Below the pieces are notes generated by a model that ran no database searches, had not been told where the DNA came from, and saw only the letters and a list, made by a program, of their open reading frames with translations. Positions 37,801 to 51,076 of a stretch of 64,000 nt of DNA are shown in pieces. The DNA is from Mobula hypostoma (lineage: Eukaryota): NCBI RefSeq assembly GCF_963921235.1, contig NC_086097.1, forward strand, positions 182,096,001-182,160,000, read 5' to 3'. The first letter of the stretch is position 1, and each line of letters starts with the position of its first letter. The position numbers and the translations under genes were made by a program.

Positions 37801-38066
37801 CTTTTGAGTTTATAGAGCTGCAGCATTATGTGATGTCTCAGTCCCCCGACTAATAAAGGCTGACACTCCGTACGTCTTCTTAACCACTCTGTCTCCTTGT
37901 GACATTTGGATAAATACATGGATAGGAGTAGTTTGTTGGAAAAATAGGACCAGATTTTGCATGGACAACTTGGTCTGCATTGATGTTGGGCCAAAAGGCC
38001 TCTTCCCCTTCTGCATTATTCTATGACTCTGTGACTGAACTAACACTGTGTGTATTTGTTTATCAG

Positions 38067-38154
38067 GGAATTGTAGGGAACCTGTCAAGTGGAAAATCTG
38101 CTCTAGTTCACCGATATTTGACTGGAACCTATGTGCAGGAGGAGTCACCTGAAG
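38067..38154 (+). CDS. AGAP3: AGAP3 exon (88 nt), [29 protein letters not shown](G), P-loop
   Basis: tttatcag acceptor and gtattt donor. P-loop GNLSSGKS is AGAP3-type (AGAP1 has GNLASGKS). Phase joins both neighbours. Confidence 0.96.
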
Positions 38155-38158
38155 GTAT

Positions 38159-38159
38159 T

Positions 38160-38190
<31 letters not shown>

Positions 38191-38223
38191 GTGTGCGCGT
38201 GGGGGGGGGGGGGGGGGGAGGGG
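38159..38223 (+). repeat. (TG)n microsatellite followed by a G-run directly after an exon donor
   Basis: About 20 TG/CG dinucleotides, then a G-run of about 19. Confidence 0.9.
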
Positions 38224-39869
38224 TTGCTGTTTATACATGGATGTATTGGGCAGTGGCCAAGACTTGCTGCTTTGTTACCCAGTAATGTGATAAACCTTGG
38301 TTAACATTCATATCTGTTTGACTGTGAATGTCCATTCATGTTGCGCTGTCACAGTAACTGAAAAACATGGAATAGTGCTGCACAGGTACTTCACTCCACC
38401 ATGTCTGTGATGACCATGATGACAATCTTAACTAATCTTATCTGCCTGTCTGAATCCTATTGTACCTACTGCTACTGGCAGTGCATTCCAGGCACCTGCC
38501 ACTGTGAACAATGCAGATCATTGGCATAGAGTGGTCACCATGGACATGATGGGCTGAAGGGCCTGTTTCTGTGCTATCTGACCATGACTGACCTCCGTGA
38601 GAAGAAATTCCTGTGAAGAACTGTCCCTTGATCTTAAAACTACATCTCCTTGTTGAAGCCACAATCTTTAGTGATAACATGTCAACACCTACCCTTTCAA
38701 AAACCCCTTAGGTTTCTATATCTTGCAATAAGATCACCTCCCATTCACTGATAGGACAGCCCTTCATCCCAGGAAGTAGCCTGGCGTACCTGTACTGGAT
38801 TGACTCTGGTATGAATGCATCTTAAATAATTGGACCAAACCCGTACACAGTACTTCAGACATGGCCACACTCACACCTGTGGGTGAGTGTGTGTGCCTAG
38901 TAGGGTGTTTATATGTGGAGGTACTGGGCAATGGGCAAGTTTTGCTGCCTTGTCACCCAGCAATATGATAAACCTTGGATAGTAGTCATATCTGGTCTTG
39001 ACTGTGAATGCTCTGTTAATATTGCACTGTGGTGGTAACTGCAAGAACATGGGCACCTCAACTCACTTTCAAGGACCCTTCTTCTCATGTTATCGATATT
39101 TATTGTTTATTATTATTATTATTTCTTCTTTTTGTATTTGCACAGTTTGTTGTCTTCTGCACTCTGGTTGACTGCCCTGATTGGCTGGTCTTTCATTGAT
39201 TCTGTTGTGGTTATTATTCTATCGGTTTATTGAGTATGCCCACAAGAAAATTAATCTCAGGGTTGTATATAAATTTAATTTCAACTTTGAACACCTGGCA
39301 CAGTTGTGATGATATTTTTCTATTTCTGAGCTTCAGCCCACTCTCTGCCAGTCGCGTTGGTAACTACTCGCTGTACTTGCCTGCTGACGTCCTGTGGTGA
39401 ATGCACAAGAGTAATGCTTTTAATTTGTACAGAGATCACTTTGCAGTTCATTCATGAGCACTCTCTGTGCTTTTAGATGACAGTCTGCTTCACATTCCTT
39501 TGAGCTCACACTTCCTCACATTGGGCCATATTTGCCACGTCTGAGCCCACACTGTAGGAATGGTTGGTTGTGCTGGAGAGCACACGGAGGGCATTCTCCA
39601 CCACTTGAGACTAGATACTCTGGGCTTGTTTTCCAGGGAGCAAAGGACAGAAGGAAATCAAATTGGTAGGGGCATTGCTAGGATTGCATCAGAATTGTTT
39701 TCCCACAGTAGGGATATCAAAAACAAGAGGATATCAGTTTAAAGCCACTAATCACAATCAGGCAAAGGAGGAAACAACAGGAATTCTGCAGATGCTGGAA
39801 ATTCAAGCAACATACATCAAAGTTGCTGGTGAACGCAGCAGGCCAGGCAGCATCTATAGGAAGAAGCGC

Positions 39870-39905
39870 AGTCGACGTTTCAGGCCGAGACCCTTCGTCA
39901 GGACT
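39870..39905 (-). ncRNA. Minimal type I hammerhead ribozyme motif in a Penelope tail (39770-39945)
   Basis: Minus strand AGTC-CTGACGA-A-GGGTCTCGGCCT-GAAAC-GTC^GACT. Confidence 0.75.
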
Positions 39906-40009
39906 AACTGAAGGAAGAGTGAGTAAGGGATTTGAAAGCTGGAAGTCACTTTGCCTATCATGTCTGTGCTGCCCATTGAAAAGACTTCTCCAAAGAATTC
40001 TTTTAAGTA

Positions 40010-42526
40010 CAGACAAGAAAATTTCTGCAGATGCTGGAAATCCAAGCAACACACACAAATGCTGGAGGAACTCAGCAGGGCAGGCAGCATTTATGGATAA
40101 GAGTACAGTCAAAGTTTCAGGCCAAGACCCTTTAGCAAGACTGGAGAAAAAAAGATGAAGAGTAGATTTAAACGGTGGGGAGAGGGGAGGGAGAAACACA
40201 AGGTGATAGGTGAAACCGAGAGGAGAAGTGGTGAAGCAAAGAGCTGAGAAGTAGATTGGTGAAAGAGATACAGGGCTGGAGAAGGGGGAATCTAATAGGA
40301 GAGGACAGAAGGCTATGGAAGAAAGAAAAGGGGGAGGACCATTAGAGGGAGGCAATGGGTAGGCAAGGAGATAAAGCGAGAGAGGGGAAAGGGGAATGGG
40401 GAAGTGGGGGCATTACTGGAAGTTCGAGAAATTGACATTCATGCCATCAGGTTGGAGGCTACCCAGATGGAATATAAGGTGTTGTTCCTCCAACCTGAGT
40501 GTAGCCTCATCGTGACAGTAGAGGAGGCAATAGATTGACATATCCATGTGAAAGAGGATGTACTGGAGCTTTTGGAAAGCACCAAGTTGGATAAGTCTCC
40601 GGGACCAGATGAGATGTACCCCAGGCTACAGTGGGAGACGACGGAGGAGATTGCTGAGCCTCTGGCAGTGATCTTTGCATCATCAATGAGGATGGGAGAG
40701 GTTCTGGAGGATTGGAGGTTTTTCAGATGTTGTTTCCTTATTCAAGAAAGGGAGTAGAGATAGCCCAGGAAATTATAGACCAGTGAGTCTTACTTCAGTG
40801 GTTGGTAAATTGATGGAAAAGACCCTGAGAGGCAGGATTTATGAACAATTGGAGAGGCATAATATGATTAGGAATAGTCAACATGACTTTGTCAAAGGCA
40901 GGTTGTGCCTTATGAGCCTGACTGAATTTTCCGAGGATGTGACTAAACATGTTGATAAGGGTAGAGCAGTAAATGTAGTGTATATGGATTTCAGCAAGGC
41001 ATTTGATAAGATACCCCATCCAAGACTTATTGAGAAAATAAGGAGGCATGGGATCCATGGAGACCTTGCTTTGTGGATCCAGAATTGACTTGTCCACAGA
41101 AGGCAAAGAGTGGTTGTAGACAGGTCATATTCTGCATGGAGATCGGTGACCAGTGGTGTGCCTCAGGGATCTGTTCTGGGACTCCTTCTCCTCGTGCTTT
41201 TTATAAATGACCTGAATGAGGATGTGGAGGGATGGGTTAGTAAATTTCCTGATGGCACAAAGGTTAGGGGTGTTGTGGATAATGTGGAGGGCTGTCAGAG
41301 GTTACAGCGGGACATTGCTCGGATACAAAACTGGGCTAAGAAGGGGCAGTTGGAGTTCAACCCAGATAAGTGTAAGGTGGTTCATTTTGGTAGGTCAAAT
41401 ATGAGGGCAGAATATAGTATTAATGGTAAGACTCTTGGCAGTGTGGAGGATCAGAGGGATCTTGGGGTTCGAGTCCGGAGGACACTCAAAGCTGCTGGTG
41501 CATTGGCCTTCATCAACTGTTGGATTGAGTTTAAGAGCTGAGAGGTAATGTTACAGCTTTATAGGACCCTGGCCAGACCCCACTTGGAGTACTGTGCTCA
41601 GTTCTGGTCACCTCACTACAGGAAGGATGTGGAAACTATAGAAAGGGTGTAGAGGAGATTTTCAAGGATGTTGCCTGGATTGGGGAGCATGCCTTATGAG
41701 AATAAGTTGAGTGAACTCAACCTTTTCTCCTTGGAAAGGCAGAGGATGAGAGGTGACCTAATAGAGGTGTATAAGATGATGAGAGGCATTGATCGTGTGG
41801 ATAGACAAGGGCTTTTTCCCAGGGCTGAAATGGCTAACATGAGAGAGCACAGTTTTAAGGTGCTTGGAAGTAGGTACAGAGGAGATGTCGGGGTAAGTTT
41901 TTGACACAGAGAGTGGTGAGTGCGTGGAATAGGCTGCCAGCAATGGTGGTGGAGGTGGATACGAAAGGGTCTTTTAAGAGACTCCTGGATAGGTACATGG
42001 AGCTTAGAGAAATAGAGTGCTGTGGGTAACCCTAGGTAATCTCTAAAGTAAGTACATGTTCGGCACAGCACTGTAGGCTGAAGGGCCTGTATTGTGCCAT
42101 AGATTTTCTATGTTTCTATATCGGAATGGGAATGGGAAGTGGAATTAAAATGGGTGGCCATGGGGAGATCCTGCTTCTTCTAGCAGATGGAGTGTAGGTG
42201 CTCCGCAAAGCAGTCTCCCGATCTACGTTGGGTCTCACCAATACACCGGAGGCCACACTGGGAGCATCAGACACAGCATACAACCCCAACAGATTCACAG
42301 GTTAAGTGTCATCTCACCTGGAAGGACTGTTTGCGGCCCTGAATGCTAGAGAGGAAGAGGTGTAGGGGCAGGTGTAGCACTTGTTCCGCTTGCAAGGACG
42401 AGTGCCAGGAGGAGATCAGTGGGGAGGGACGAATGGACAAGGGAGTTGTCTAAGGAGTGATCCCTGCGGAAAGCAAAAAGGGAGAGATGGAAAGATGTGC
42501 TTGGTGGTAGGATCCTGTGGGAGATG
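40010..42526 (-). mobile_element. Penelope-like element (GIY-YIG part plus tail) split by a CR1 insertion; PLE parts are 40010-40544 and 42118-42526
   Basis: Both parts match the reverse complement of 7430-8390 and join collinearly across the CR1. Confidence 0.85.
40545..42117 (+). mobile_element. 5'-truncated CR1-like LINE (RT through 3' tail)
   Basis: KSPGPDEMYPR, SLTSVVGKLME, YMDFSKAFD and SGVPQGSVLG motifs. ttctatgtttcta tail. ATATC duplicated at 40540-40544 and 42118-42122. Confidence 0.92.
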
Positions 42527-42995
42527 ACATTCCTTTAATATTCTATTTAAAAGATCTCATTGGCTCTGTCTCCACTGCCCTGCCAGCTCACGGTTCTACT
42601 CTGTATAAAACCATTCACTTCACTCCTGTCTGCTGCCAATTCCCTGTCTCTTTGAGTCACTGATTCCCCCCACCCCCGTAAATGGAACTTTTTGAAGACC
42701 AAGCCAAGTTTATTGTCATCTGCACGAATATACATATACACAGGTGCATTGAAAAACTTACTGTCTTCTGAAAAGCAGCCTTCACGAGAGAGTTTGGCCA
42801 AGTGGGTATACTTGGCCAAACTCTGCCCTTATCACATCTTGCCTCTAATATTTACCTGTGAGGAAAATTAATGAAAGTCCCCCTCTGTGGGACTGTCCTT
42901 GGAAATATGGTCTGTTGCTCCCTCAAGCCCTCTCTAGTACATGAGTGTCTGAGGATGGTAGCCGCTTGAACACCTCTTTTTTTTTTACTTCCCAG

Positions 42996-43081
42996 GTGGT
43001 CGGTTTAAGAAAGAGATTGTGGTTGATGGACAGAGCTACCTTCTGCTGATTCGGGATGAAGGGGGTCCTCCTGAGGTGCAG
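42996..43081 (+). CDS. AGAP3: AGAP3 exon (86 nt), [28 protein letters not shown]
   Basis: Poly-T tract with cccag acceptor and gtgaat donor. Contains the G3-like DEGG motif. Confidence 0.96.
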
Positions 43082-44444
43082 GTGAATATTAGACTCCAGT
43101 CTCTCCCCAGGAGTCCCTGCTGCCGAGATCATGGGAACCTTTATAAACCACGCAGCTGGAAGATTGTGGGTTCGACACTTCCAGGAGAGAATGTGCAAGG
43201 GATTTATCTCCAATGTCTCCCCAGGAATCCATGCTGCAGAGATCACAGGGAACCTTTATAGATTGCACAACTGGCGAGAGGACTTCAGGGAGGAGATGAG
43301 AAAGGGATTTACCCATGTGTTGCTGGGGATGAGGCACTTCAGTTTCGTTGGTGGATTGGAGAAGCTGGGATTGTATTTCTTGAAGGAGAAAGTTGACAGA
43401 TGGGATTTAAAACCATGAAGGATATCGATATAGTTGTCTAATAGAAATTTTTCCCAGTGGTTGAAAGTCTAGAGCTAGGGGGCACAAAATAAAGGTTATT
43501 GGCAAAGGTGAAGTAAATGAGAGTTCGTGGCTGTGGTTTGATGAGGACTACCTGAGGTGAAGAGTTGAGCAGTTTCCACTGTAACATTCACAAGGTTACA
43601 GAGGGGAAGCTTGGAGCCGAGAGACTAGCTGGATTGGGACAGGCTTGATGGACCACATGACCTCCTTCCTTGCATCACCGCTTTGTAATGCTACATTTGT
43701 ACTGAGTCAGCTAAAACATAGACTTTGTGTTCTAGAACAATGCAGTACATATACAGGCCCTTCAGCCAAACCAGTCCATGTTGACCATGGTGTCCACCCA
43801 TCCAGTTCCAATTCCTGGCAGTCAGTTAATACCTCTCCAAAACCTGCCCCTCACATACCTGTCCAAGCGCTTCTTAAGAGATACTATTGTACTTGTCTCC
43901 CCAGACAGCTTGTTCCACGTACTCAACACTGTATGACCCTTAAAAATTTTTCCCCCTCTCACCCTAAACTGCTTGGTTTTGGACTCTCCTACCTGTGGAA
44001 AGTTTTGTTATCACTGTTAGTTGGGACATGGCTCACGTGCAGGTCAGACTGTGTGATGGGTTTCCTTCCTTAAAGGGTGGAACTGAGTGACACAGGGTCC
44101 GAGGGATCAGAGGTGGGCCGGAGTCCAATGGGTCTCAGGGACTGCTGCTGGCGGGGTACCATGCTGAGTGAGAGACGATATGGCTTTGTGGGAAATAGAT
44201 GGATCTGGGGGAATGAGGTAGGGAATATGTTTTTAATATGATGGAAGATGGGTTTATGGGTGCAAATGATTGTGGGAAGAATCTGCGATGTGAGAATGAA
44301 TAGAAGCTGAGTGCTGAGGTCAGGATGGTTGCTGGGCTCTAGCGGGGCTGGAAGTAAGTGCGTCTAGTGTCAGGGGTGGCTGGGGATGTGGGGAATGTAT
44401 TTGCTCTGACATCTGCTGACATGAAGTGGATTTGTTGCCCTCAG

Positions 44445-44586
44445 TTTGCAGCGTGGGTGGATGCCGTCATCTTTGTCTTCAGTCTGGAGGATGAAATCAG
44501 CTTTCAGACAGTTTACAATTATTACATGCGACTCTCTACCTACCGGAATACAGCTGAGATTCCGATGGTGCTCGTGGGTACACAAG
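44445..44586 (+). CDS. AGAP3: AGAP3 exon (142 nt), [47 protein letters not shown]
   Basis: ccctcag acceptor and gtaagc donor. FAAW, VYNY and PMVLVGTQ are AGAP3-like. Confidence 0.96.
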
Positions 44587-44799
44587 GTAAGCAAGCTTTT
44601 CCTTCATGGGTCCTCCATCTTCAGGGACCTGCAGGATGAGGGTGGTGACTTACACCTGCTGTGATGAAGGTACAAGTTACAGGAAAAGGAAGAGACGGGG
44701 TAAATCGCGAAACAGCAGGGCAGTAATACGGAGCTAATTGTTGGAGCTGAGGCAGACAGGTCTTTGAGTCCTGATGGACATCCTCTTAGGATTTGAAAA

Positions 44800-45010
44800 G
44801 ACGTGGTTAGTGCAGTGGCTCAGCATTGGTTTTAATTTTTCCCTATGTACCAGCAACCTGGCTTCCATCCCGACTTTGGCTGCTGTTTGTGTAGAGTTTG
44901 TATGTTCTCCCGGTGACTATGGATTTCCTCTGGGTACTCCGGTTTCCTCCCACCCCCCAAAAACTGAAAGCTGGTACGTTAATGGGCTTGTCTGTGGGAT
45001 GTGGGTAATT
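44800..45010 (+). mobile_element. V-SINE fragment
   Basis: gtgtagagtttgtatgttctccc...gggtactccggtttcctcccac. Confidence 0.7.
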
Positions 45011-45449
45011 GGAGTTTGTTTATTGTTGCACATATATCAAGATACAGTGAAAAGCTTATCTTGCATATTGTTCATACAAATCAATTCATTACACAGTGCA
45101 CTGAAGTAGAACAAGGTAGAACCACAACAGAATGCAGAATAAAATGTAACAACTACACATGCAGGTAAACAATAATGTGCAAGTTCATAATGAGGTAGAC
45201 TGGGAGGTCAAGAATTCATTTTACATGAGGGAACCATTCAGTAGTCTTAATACAGCAGGTAAAAGCTGTCATTGAGTCTGGTGGTACATGCTTTCAGTGT
45301 TTGTGTCTTCCGATTGATGGAAGAGGAGAGAAGAGAGAATGTCCATGGTGGGTTGGGTTTTTGATTATGTTGGCTGCTTGAGGAGTGAGAAGTATAGACA
45401 AATGGGAATGTGGGGAGTATAAGCAGTGAATCTGTTTCTGTGCTGTTCC

Positions 45450-46960
45450 TAGATTTGTGGAAGATCCTACTAGATTGGAAAACAGTAAGTCGAACTCCTT
45501 AACTCAAGACGAGATAGAGAGTAGGACACTACAAGCCTGTTAACTAAACATGTTATTGGGAAAGTATTAAGAGGCATTATTAGAGTACTGTACAGCACAC
45601 AAACAGTTTGAATATGAATGTACAAGTTTGCAGATGATAAAATAGTAGATGTTGAAGAAGGATAATTACAGGGGATCTAAGCCATTGATTGGCCAGGGGG
45701 AATCTAAGTACATGGGCTGAGGATTGACAAATGGATTTCAGTCCAGGTGTATGTGAGATACTGAATTTTGGGAGATCAGACTAGGGTTGAACATACAATC
45801 ATTATTTGGGTCCTGGGGAATGTAATACAACAGAGTTAAAGGTACATAGTGAAAAAGGCTTTTGACATGCTGGCCTTCATCAGCCAGGCATTGAATATAG
45901 GAGTTGGGAAGTTATGTCGCAGTTATAAGATGTTGGTGAGGCTGCATTTGGAATATTGCGTACAGTTTCGGTCATTTTTGGAAAGATGCTAATGAGCCAG
46001 AAAGAGTGCAATAAAGATTTACCAGGATGTTGCCTGGACTTCTGGGGGCTTGAGTTCCAAGAAGTTGTGTAGACTGGAATATAGGATATTGAGGAGTGGT
46101 GTGATAGAGGTATGTAAGATCATGAGGGGGATAGACAGGGTGAAAGCACATCGTCTTTTCCCAGGGAGGAGATGCTAAAAACAAGAGAGCAAAGGTTTAA
46201 CATCAGTGCCGAGAGAATTTAAATGGGACATCAGCGGCAGCTTCTTAACGCGGAGGGTGGTGTGTATTTGGAATGAGCTGCCAGAAGTAGTGGTTGAGGT
46301 AGACACATTAGCAACATTTAATAGCCATCTAAATAATTAAATGGATGGGAGAGATTTCGAGGGCTATGGCAACACAGTTGGCATGGATGTGTTAGGCCAA
46401 AGGACCTGTTTCCGTGCTGTATGACCCAACTTGTCCATGTTGACCAAGTTGAAGACATTATTAAAGTCGTTATAGCAGGGCACAGAAAAATGTGAAATGG
46501 TTAGCAGGAGAAAAAGCATTTTCTCTAAATGGAAATAGAATGGATCCAGGTGTCCTGGTCCATGACCTGCAAAATCTAAGTGTATACTTAGACCAAGTAA
46601 CAAAGAAAGTTACCAGAATGCTCTTGTCTATAGTTTGAGGAATTGAATATCAATGGAGGGAGGTTTTGCTTCAGTTGTACAGGACATTGCTGAGACCAGT
46701 GGAGCATTAATACAGTGTCTTCTCATTTAAAAAAAGGATGCTAATGGATGGAAAACAGTTCAGGGAAGGTCTCTTGATACCGAGAGTGGGTGAAATGTTT
46801 TTTAAGGAGAGGTTGGACAGACTGGGGTTCTATCTGCTGGAGTTTAGCATATTGAAAGGGGACAATTGAGAGATGAGGTCCTGAGGGATTGTGACCAGAT
46901 GGTTGTGGGGAGAATTTTTTTCTTGTGGGAGAATCTAGATGAAGGATAAATGTTTCTTTT
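45450..46960 (+). mobile_element. Decayed CR1-like fragments
   Basis: KFADD and LVRLHLEYCVQF remnants. Confidence 0.7.
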
Positions 46961-47034
46961 TTTTTGCTGTATTTATTTTATAATATATAATAATTTTATG
47001 TTTGTACTGCTACTGCCAAACAATAGATTTCATG

Positions 47035-47552
47035 TACCTAAATAGAGCTCCTGTATCTAATAAAATGGCCACTGAGTGTACATTCGTGGTTCTCTACTGC
47101 TGTAGAAGACCACTTCAAGGTTTGACATATTGTGCATTCAGAGATGCTCTTCTGCACTCCACTGTTGTAACACAGTTATTTGAGTTACTGTCTCCTTCCT
47201 GTCAGTTTAAAACAGTCTGGGCATTCTCCCCTGACCTCTCTCATTAACAAGACGTTTTTCATCCGCTGAACTACCGGTCACTAGGTACTTTTTGTTCTTT
47301 GCACCATTCTCTCTAAACCCTAGAGGATATTGTGTGTGAAAATCCCAGATCAGCAGTTACTGAGATACCAAAACCTGAGTTTGCCAAAGTCTCTAAGATC
47401 ACATTACTTCCCCATTCTGATGTTTGGTCTGAATGACAATTGAATCTCACCATGTCTATATAATCTTACGCATTGAGTTGCTTGCCACATGATTGGCTGA
47501 TTAGATGTTGCATTAACAAGCAGGTATACTCAATAAAGTGGCTACTGAGTGT
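47035..47552. mobile_element. Tc1-derived non-autonomous element
   Basis: The terminal motif AATAAARTGGCYACTGAGTG|TA occurs at about 47058-47081 and 47532-47553. Internal sequence is Tc1-like. Confidence 0.55.
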
Positions 47553-48573
47553 AAGTCAGTGGTAAAAACCTGATTCTGTTTCTAAAATTAAAGAGTGCTC
47601 ATTTGTGACTGAGATGAGGCATAACTTTTTTTCTTTCAGAGGGTTGTGAGCCTTGGGATTTCTCTTCCTCAAAGGGTGGTGAAGTAGTGGCTTGGAATGG
47701 TTTTAGGGGGAAGTGGATAGAAATGATCTTATTAACTGGGGCAGCATTGATGAGAAGCTGAGTAGCCTACACCTGCTCCTAGTTCCTATGTTTATTATTT
47801 ACAACAAATATCCCACAGCATTCGTGTGGTATTAATTATTGATTTATTATTGCCACATGTCCTAAGATTCAGTGAAAAGATTGGGTTTGTACAGATCAAG
47901 TCAATACACAAGTGCATTGAGATAGAATGAGACATTTAACTGACCTGCTGTAACCAATCTCCCCGAACACCTTCCTGCTTCTGGGCCTTTCCATTCATCT
48001 TCATCCCTGACTTGGTCAGCATCAACGTTGGGTGTCCAGGGTGACCCAATCTGACAGCCAGGTGTCCAGTGTCTTGGGACACGGTCTGACAGCTGTGTGT
48101 CCTGCGACACTGACAGAATGTGTTGAGATTCTCAGTCTGATGGTAGGTGTGTCTAAATCTGTGCCACAATGTGTGCTGGACTCGTGATCAGTAGGTTACC
48201 TGTGCTGCTCGAAGCATATAGTGAATGACTGTCACCTAAAAGTTGTACAGGTAGGGATATGTGTGTGACCTATCATTGTTTAACCCCTGAGAAATGAGGG
48301 TGTGATTCTCTCACTGACTACCCAACAGAACTAGATATAGTTGTTACTAATCACCTGTAGTTAATTTGTTGATGCTTATTACCAACTGTGCTTGATCTGT
48401 GACTGTACTCACTGTTTGTAGTTAACTGTCTGCAGTTAAACTGTGATTGTTTATTATCTTGTTGTAGTTGTTCTGTGACTGTTAGTTCACCAGCTGTAGT
48501 TATATTGACACTGGTGTTAACTTCCTGCATTTGATTGGTGAACATTTATTAACTGACTGTATCTATTTATCAG

Positions 48574-48708
48574 ATGCAATCAGTGCCACAAACCCTCGGG
48601 TCATTGATGATGCCCGTGCACGAAAGCTGTCCAATGACTTGAAGCGGTGCACATACTACGAGACGTGTGCTACCTATGGACTGAATGTGGAACGAGTTTT
48701 CCAGGATG
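48574..48708 (+). CDS. AGAP3: AGAP3 exon (135 nt), (D)[44 protein letters not shown]
   Basis: tttatcag acceptor and gtaata donor. Contains the G5-like ETCA motif. Confidence 0.96.
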
Positions 48709-49347
48709 GTAATATCACCTTCTTGACATTCTATAGCCAAACTTGAACACTTTGTTGCTGTAGTTTCTGGCAGGAAATACAATTTTCATTTGTCTTTTTT
48801 TATCTTTTCTTTTATAATGATAGTGTGCTGTTTGCTCTGTTTTTGTAGGTTAGTTTGTGTTGCTGTCAATGTTCAGTGTAAAGTTGTATCCTGATTGGGG
48901 AGACTGGCTGCAGTATTGCAGTTCTCCAGCAGATGGTAGTGTGATCCAGTCCCTGGGACAGGCCTCGCTGGTGCCCTGCAGTGGTGCACTGAGGAATTGC
49001 TGCTGTACCCAGAAACTTCAGACTATTAGGTGCTGGGTAGTAGGAATATCAGTCTAGTTCCAGTCATTGTATATGCTGAACTTTCTAGAGATTCCCTACT
49101 CCACTCTTCTGGGAAGTTAGACTACAAGTAGTATCAAATCCTTAGTTGTAGAGGGGAATTTTAACTGAGCGCACTGCAGTTTAGTGGATATGAGTAGAGA
49201 GATTTTTGGATCAGCAGTTGTTAGAAACTCCTTGAACAGAGCAGTATCTTGTGGAAGTGGAAGAGCTGACCCTTTGTACAAGATCCGCGCAGATAAATGA
49301 TCAGATTTGTCAGCATTCCTAGCTGTATCTGCTGTTCTCTTGTTTAG

Positions 49348-49475
49348 TGGCTCAGAAGATTGTAGCATTACGGAAGAAGCAGCAGTTATCGATCGGACCT
49401 TGCAAGTCACTGCCAAACTCCCCCAGTCATTCCTCTGTTCCCAATGCCTCTATCCCGTCTGTGCACATCAACCAG
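49348..49475 (+). CDS. AGAP3: AGAP3 exon (128 nt), (V)AQKIVALRKKQQLSIGPCKSLPNSPSHSSVPNASIPSVHINQ
   Basis: tgtttag acceptor and gtgagc donor. ALRKK and SIPxVHINQ are AGAP3-type. Confidence 0.96.
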
Positions 49476-50923
49476 GTGAGCCATCTCTCTCTATCAATGG
49501 GACTATCACTGGGGCAACACTTTTTTAGTGTGTGTCAGCTGCAGTGTTCGACGTTGAACTGGCGGCTAAAGAAAGTAGAATTGTAATCTTTGGAGTTTAG
49601 AAGGGGGGAGGTGGAATCCTACTGGTTGTGCAGGGGTTGACGGGGAGACATCACAGCATATCTGTTAGTGGTAGAATATTGAACAAAAGACATGGTTACA
49701 GGATGAATGATGAGGCTGCTTGAACTCGCACTGACAGTGGGGGGGAAACACATGGCCATTGGATCCCTTGTGCCTGCTTGCCATTTGATAAAGTAATGGC
49801 TAATATTTTACCTTGGCATCTTTTCCTTCACCAATACCATGTCTCTTGATCAACAGTCTACTGGAGGAGCTCAACAGGCCAAGCAGCATCTGTGTGAGAA
49901 AGTGAACTGTTGACATTTCAGGTTAAAACTCTGCATCAGGACACAATTCCTTTCCGATCACAGTTGCTGCTTGACCACTAAGTTCCTGCAGTAGACTGCC
50001 CCAGATTTCAGCTTATGATGTCTCCATGTCTTTTGATTCCTTGTTGATTCCTTGGATATGCCCAGTAATCAAACCTCTCTTCCTTCCAGTGCAAAGAATT
50101 GCAGAGAGTTACCATCCTCTGAGTGAAGAAATTTCTCCTCTCTGTCTTGAATGGATGAGCCCTTGCTTTTTGTCTGTGCTTACTGGTTCTAGACACCAGT
50201 CAGGGGAAACATTGTCTCTGCCTCAACCCCACCAAACTCTGAGAGAACATTGAACCTTTTAGTGAGGTCACTTATTGCAGTGTTATACTGTATAGAAACA
50301 GATTCATTGGCCCACGTGTCTATGCAAGCCATCAGTTACCCATCTGCACTAATCCCATTTACCTGTGCTTAATTAGAGGCTTTCTCTACTTGGGTGATTC
50401 AGATGTTCACCCAAGTGCTTTTGAAGGGCTGTGAGAGTTTCTGTCTCTACCACCCCCTCAGACAATGTGTTCCGGATTCCAGCATCCCTCTGGGATGAAA
50501 ATTTCTTCCTCGCATTCCCCCCAAACCTTTTGTTCCTGTTCTTAAACCGATGTCCTCTGGCCTAAGATGCTTGGACGTGGGGTAAGGTTTCTAATTATCT
50601 CCCTCTTCTCTCATGATTTTGTAAATCCCTATTCGGTTCCTCCTCTGCAAGGAGAACAGACTCACTTTCTCCAGTCTCTCCTCAGAACTGAAGCATTTCA
50701 TCCCAGGCAATGTCCTGAGAAATCTCCTCCTTACCCCACCACATCCTTAAAACATCAGAGCAATGTGCTTTTCTAAAGTAGCATCCACAGACCCAGGAAC
50801 TGGGGGAATTTTACAATCAGTGTATTGGAGGTGTGGTCATGTAAAATGCTGAATATGGAGCAGCTCGTTAGTCTGGTGATGTGATTTGCTGGTGGGTTTT
50901 TAAATCTGATGTGATGCCCACAG

Positions 50924-51076
50924 GCTGCTAATGGAGGAGTCTTCAGTGATTACTCCTCATCAGTCCCATCCACGCCAAGTATGAGCCAGAAGGAACTGCG
51001 AATTGAGCCAATCGCCGCCTCCAGTACTCCCACCCCCATCCGCAAGCAGTCCAAACGTCGCTCAAACATATTTACA
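50924..51076 (+). CDS. AGAP3: AGAP3 exon (153 nt), AANGGVFSDYSSSVPSTPSMSQKELRIEPIAASSTPTPIRKQSKRRSNIFT
   Basis: Not in the ORF track; read by eye. cccacag acceptor, gtaagt donor, 51 open codons. IAASSTPTPIRKQSKRRSNIFT matches AGAP3. Confidence 0.95.

Noticed and set aside
39717..40355. 212-aa minus-strand ORF
   Set aside because: It spans two non-coding Penelope tails with low-complexity sequence and has no recognisable domain.
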